This document shows positions 60,714 to 64,000 of a stretch of 64,000 bases of DNA, piece by piece. Position numbers and translations under genes: made by a program. The stretch lies in the NCBI GenBank assembly GCA_010015585.1, contig ML975163.1; one strand, written 5' to 3'. The stretch is from Eremomyces bilateralis CBS 781.70 (lineage: Eukaryota). Position 1 is the first letter of the stretch, and the number at the start of each line of letters is the position of its first letter. The notes beneath the pieces were generated by a model that ran no database searches, was not told the DNA's origin, and was given only the letters and a program-made list of their open reading frames with translations.

Positions 60714-63008
60714 CTAAATCTCCTCCATCTCCTCCCCGAAATCCAACCCCAACTCCGGGTAATCCCCCACCGTAATCCTATCCCCCCTTGCAAACGCCCC
60801 TCTCTTCTCCCCACAATCGAAATACCGCTTCCCCGCCACCCTCCCATCATTCTTCCCCGTCGGCTCATCCAGCTCCACCCCCACCCACGGCGCGCCCTCC
60901 GGTCCAGGCAACTGCGGCACCGCCCCAACGAACTTCACCGTGCCCCGGCGCGCCTCATCGCCGCCGACGAAACACCGCGCACCGACGGTGATGTTGCGGT
61001 CCTGGATGGACGCGGCGTGGAGATCGGCGGGAGAGGGACCGGCGGGAGAGGGACCGGCGGTGGATGGGTCGGTGGGGGCGAAGCGGCCGAGTTTGTTGGT
61101 TTGCTTGTACCGGAGTACGGAGTCGGAGAGGGAGGCGTAGGTGTCCTCGGGCATAATGTATTTTTCGACGGCGGAGAGGTCGGTGTAGTTGGGACGAGCA
61201 GACGGAGGCCGGAGATCGTGGACCTGTGAGAGCGTTAATGAGATATTGGGGGAGCCGCGTATCGTTCTGTGATGAGAGGCGGATTATTGAAGGGGTGGGA
61301 GTTGCTGCTGTCGTGTGTAGAAATGCGTGTCAAAATGCGCGTCATGTTGCACCAGCCAGTCCATGGTCGCCATCGTGCCTTGACGAGATCCTTGGTTTGC
61401 CTACAATGCTCATTGGGAGCGTGTTCTTGAGTGTTCCATGTTCTCTGGCCTAAAATACAGTCGTCCTCATACGGTGTGCACGAACAGACGAATTTAGCAT
61501 GCATTTTTGGTAGCACCCTGAGGAAGGATGGACCAAGGGAAATGGAATCAACCTGCAAAACAGATGCGAACCAGAAGATAGAGTGTAGAAATTCTGCAGG
61601 TCAGATGTCGCCTCAGCACCGGAAACGTTCGACTCATGCGAGACCTGCCGTCCATCCCGTTTTGCGTTTTTCGGCGACAAGCGATCTGCTTAAGGGGTAA
61701 ACGGAGAGTCCGAAATCCCTTGTCTGGCCGCGAAGAAGCGAAGCAGGTCTTCGACTTGATTTGAGATGCATCGCCAACATGCCGTGGCCAACAGGAAGCG
61801 CCATGCTCTCTTTCCCCCCGGTTACATAAGATGATTGGCTCTTGACACTCGGAATTCAATGTTCTGAGCACAAAGAATCCGATAACTTGAGACATCTTCT
61901 TCCCCAAGTACTGATTGGCAAGGGGCAATCGCAAGTTTGAGACAGTCCAGACCAAGATCGTGCTGTCAACCAATGGTTCCGAAGAATATCGAGGCCACCA
62001 AAGCCGAAGAAGCACTCTGGATCATAGGGACGCGTACAGCTATTACTTCGCCCAATTCTGGATTCCATCTCAAAGCTCAATTCGGCCCTCGAGCACCAAG
62101 TGGTGTGATTAGATCGGTTGCTCCGGTGGGGGTCTGAAAATGACAGGTTTCGCCAGGTTCAGGCACCGGGGCTCCGAGAGTTTAGCCGGCGAAGAATGCG
62201 GAAATTGTCCGTCAGCTCACCAGATGTCCGTCAAGCAGAACTCAGAGGTGCGGTGATCGACACGAACCGGACGCGGTCTCAGCGCGGTGCAATTTGGGTA
62301 TCAACATTCAGATGGGCCGAAACCCACACGGAAACATTTCAATAACTTAGGGTAAATAGAGAAAGTGGATGAACGTGGGGTATGCTGCAGAGACACATCC
62401 GAAGCATGCGTTGCATTGACAAAGGAAGACATGTTAGACTGGAGAACTGGGTCGGGTCAATCATGAATTGTCGGGGCTAGCCGGAGAACATGGAATCACC
62501 ATTTGGAAAGGTTTGGCAATGGATCTAATCGACACATGTGGCACACTGCTATACGCCGCGGCAACAAGCTGCAGCACGCAGGGCATCGTGTTGAAATGCG
62601 TGACGATCTTTCTTGCATATCGATATCGCTGACCACGCTTGTTTTTAGGCTGACGGAACATTTATGACGGCGACGCAGGTTACAGGTGGAGTGCAATTAA
62701 GCAGCGGACGAAGAATGACTGGAGGCAGGGGTTGTAGCTATAGTTGTACTCACATATATCTCGTTGTATTCCCGGAGTGGGAAAGCAGCCAACATAACTG
62801 CATCGTCGTCGGGTGCACTGAGCTCGACCGAAGCGACGTCAGAACGCAGCTCGAGCTTCTGCGAGCCGCTCGGGATCCCCGTGATAGGTTCCAGGCGGGT
62901 CTTGAACTGGGCTAAAGTCCATGCGGGTGAGATTCTGCGTTCCGATTCGGATGCGGATGAGACGACATTGATGGAGACGTCGGCTGAAGACTGAAAAGAG
63001 TGCGCCAT
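60714..63008 (-). CDS. TBCB: Tubulin-folding cofactor B (Alf1/Alp11): UBL + CAP-Gly; exons 63008-62754, 61223-60714
   Basis: UBL segment SERRISPAWTLAQFKTRLEPITGIP..EIY joins VHDLRPP..VEKYIMPEDTY..DSVLRYK and a CAP-Gly domain RGTVKFVG..WVGVELDEPTGKNDG..RYF, ending EEI. Intron 61224-62753 (GTGAGT..ATTAAC..CAG) is phase 0. Confidence 0.93.
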
Positions 63009-63508
63009 GATGTCGATGGTCAAATTCTTTAGATCATGAGGGAGGGAATAGATGAGACTAGGATCGACTACGGAGAACAGAGTATGGAGAAAAGGTTGGA
63101 TACTTCTGATCCTTGGAGAGTGAGGCTCGGAGGCAGGGGTAGGGACTTGTGTAGTGGAGGATTTTCCCGTGAGTTTGGCGTGAACTTGGAAGTTGGATGG
63201 GATCAGATGAAGCGTTCTGCTCGTTTGCCAGAGAAATGAGGTTCCTTGGACAGAGCACCGAGGTTTCAGTCGAATCCAGCGGATTCTGATCACAGGAGGT
63301 TCGACGGGGTTGGGTCTTGATCCACAGTTGGTCTGCGTGTGGCTCGATCAGACCCACATGCGATCGGGATTCCAATGGTTCCGAGATCCAGCAGTTCGCG
63401 CCTCGGACGTTGTTAGGACTACAGTTTCAATCTGTCTGATGCAGGTTTGGATACTGTACATTAGAATATTCAAGGAACCTTAACATCGCGAACTCAAAAA
63501 GCCGGCAG

Positions 63509-63611
63509 GCACGTGACACGACGGTGGGGATGCAATTCGGGTAAATTTCGGATCAAGCCTCAATCACGTGCTTTTCCAATGGGAAGCGAGGATCTAGCCT
63601 TTGCACGTGAC
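63509..63611. promoter_or_regulatory. Three RTCACGTG (Cbf1/CDEI-like bHLH E-box) sites
   Basis: CACGTG cores at 63510-63515, 63565-63570 and 63604-63609, each reading RTCACGTGC on one strand. Confidence 0.5.
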
Positions 63612-64000
63612 TTAAACTGTTCCTCCTAAGACTCCAATCCTATTTACTCCGCACATCTTGACACAGCCATCATTCCAACACTTCCCGATCTAATGTTGTT
63701 GCTGATCATCACTAATATTACCCGATCCTTTCAACCGTTCATTGTGTCTGCCTGTTAATGCTAACAATAGCGCCTGGTTTGCATAGTAGTTCATTACCGG
63801 CCTTATCCTCGTACATCATTCCCCCCTCATCCGAGGCACTCCATTCAGAATCCAGCAAACCATATCTCCCGTCCAAATGTCCAATCGCGTGTGACCTTCA
63901 CCGCTCCTATGCGGCTAAGAGCAGCGTCATGAAATGCTTGAATCCCCCAAGGGATAATGGAGCCGATGGACACGCGAGCAGCAAATCGTTCATTACTTAC

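Noticed and set aside
61224..62753. Group I intron or intact transposon as the cause of the long TBCB intron
   Set aside because: No P/Q/R/S core motifs, terminal inverted repeats, LTRs or transposase/RT ORF were found, and the ends are ordinary spliceosomal sites.
47419..63008. Functional cluster of cell-division genes (formin, CENP-C, TBCB)
   Set aside because: Neighbouring housekeeping genes are common, and the sequence alone gives no evidence of co-regulation.

Overview
This is eukaryotic nuclear DNA from a filamentous ascomycete (Pezizomycotina, plausibly a Dothideomycete). It is gene-dense, with short GT-AG introns and CTRAY branch sites. About 22 protein-coding loci can be reconstructed by hand: a lesioned flavin amine-oxidase-like pseudogene, a GFA-domain protein, an ABC1/ADCK kinase, a Git3/Gpr1-type GPCR, a secreted Cu-monooxygenase-like protein, an RS/RD-rich protein, SF3B2/Cus1, Mak16, a stand-alone LeuRS anticodon-domain-like protein, a LAT-type amino-acid permease, Mss1/MnmE, Hus1, an MFS transporter, a Gfo/Idh/MocA dehydrogenase, a multi-pass membrane protein, formate dehydrogenase, formin SepA, an RBR E3 ligase, CENP-C/Mif2, tubulin cofactor B and two small hypothetical genes. 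The strongest oddities are: (1) two adjacent convergent genes (CENP-C and TBCB) each carry one giant intron (about 1.0 and 1.5 kb) while the other ~38 inferred introns are 45-144 nt, and the TBCB intron shows hints of a structured nested RNA; (2) a catalytic-core-less LeuRS C-terminal paralog with a mitochondrial-type leader; (3) an FDH first intron that doubles as a mitochondrial presequence; (4) a His/Met-rich secreted protein with PHM/DBH-like copper motifs; (5) an RBR ligase with a hidden FG/Gly-rich tail. No tRNA, rRNA, CRISPR array or intact transposon could be supported. All family calls come from remembered motifs, not database searches.
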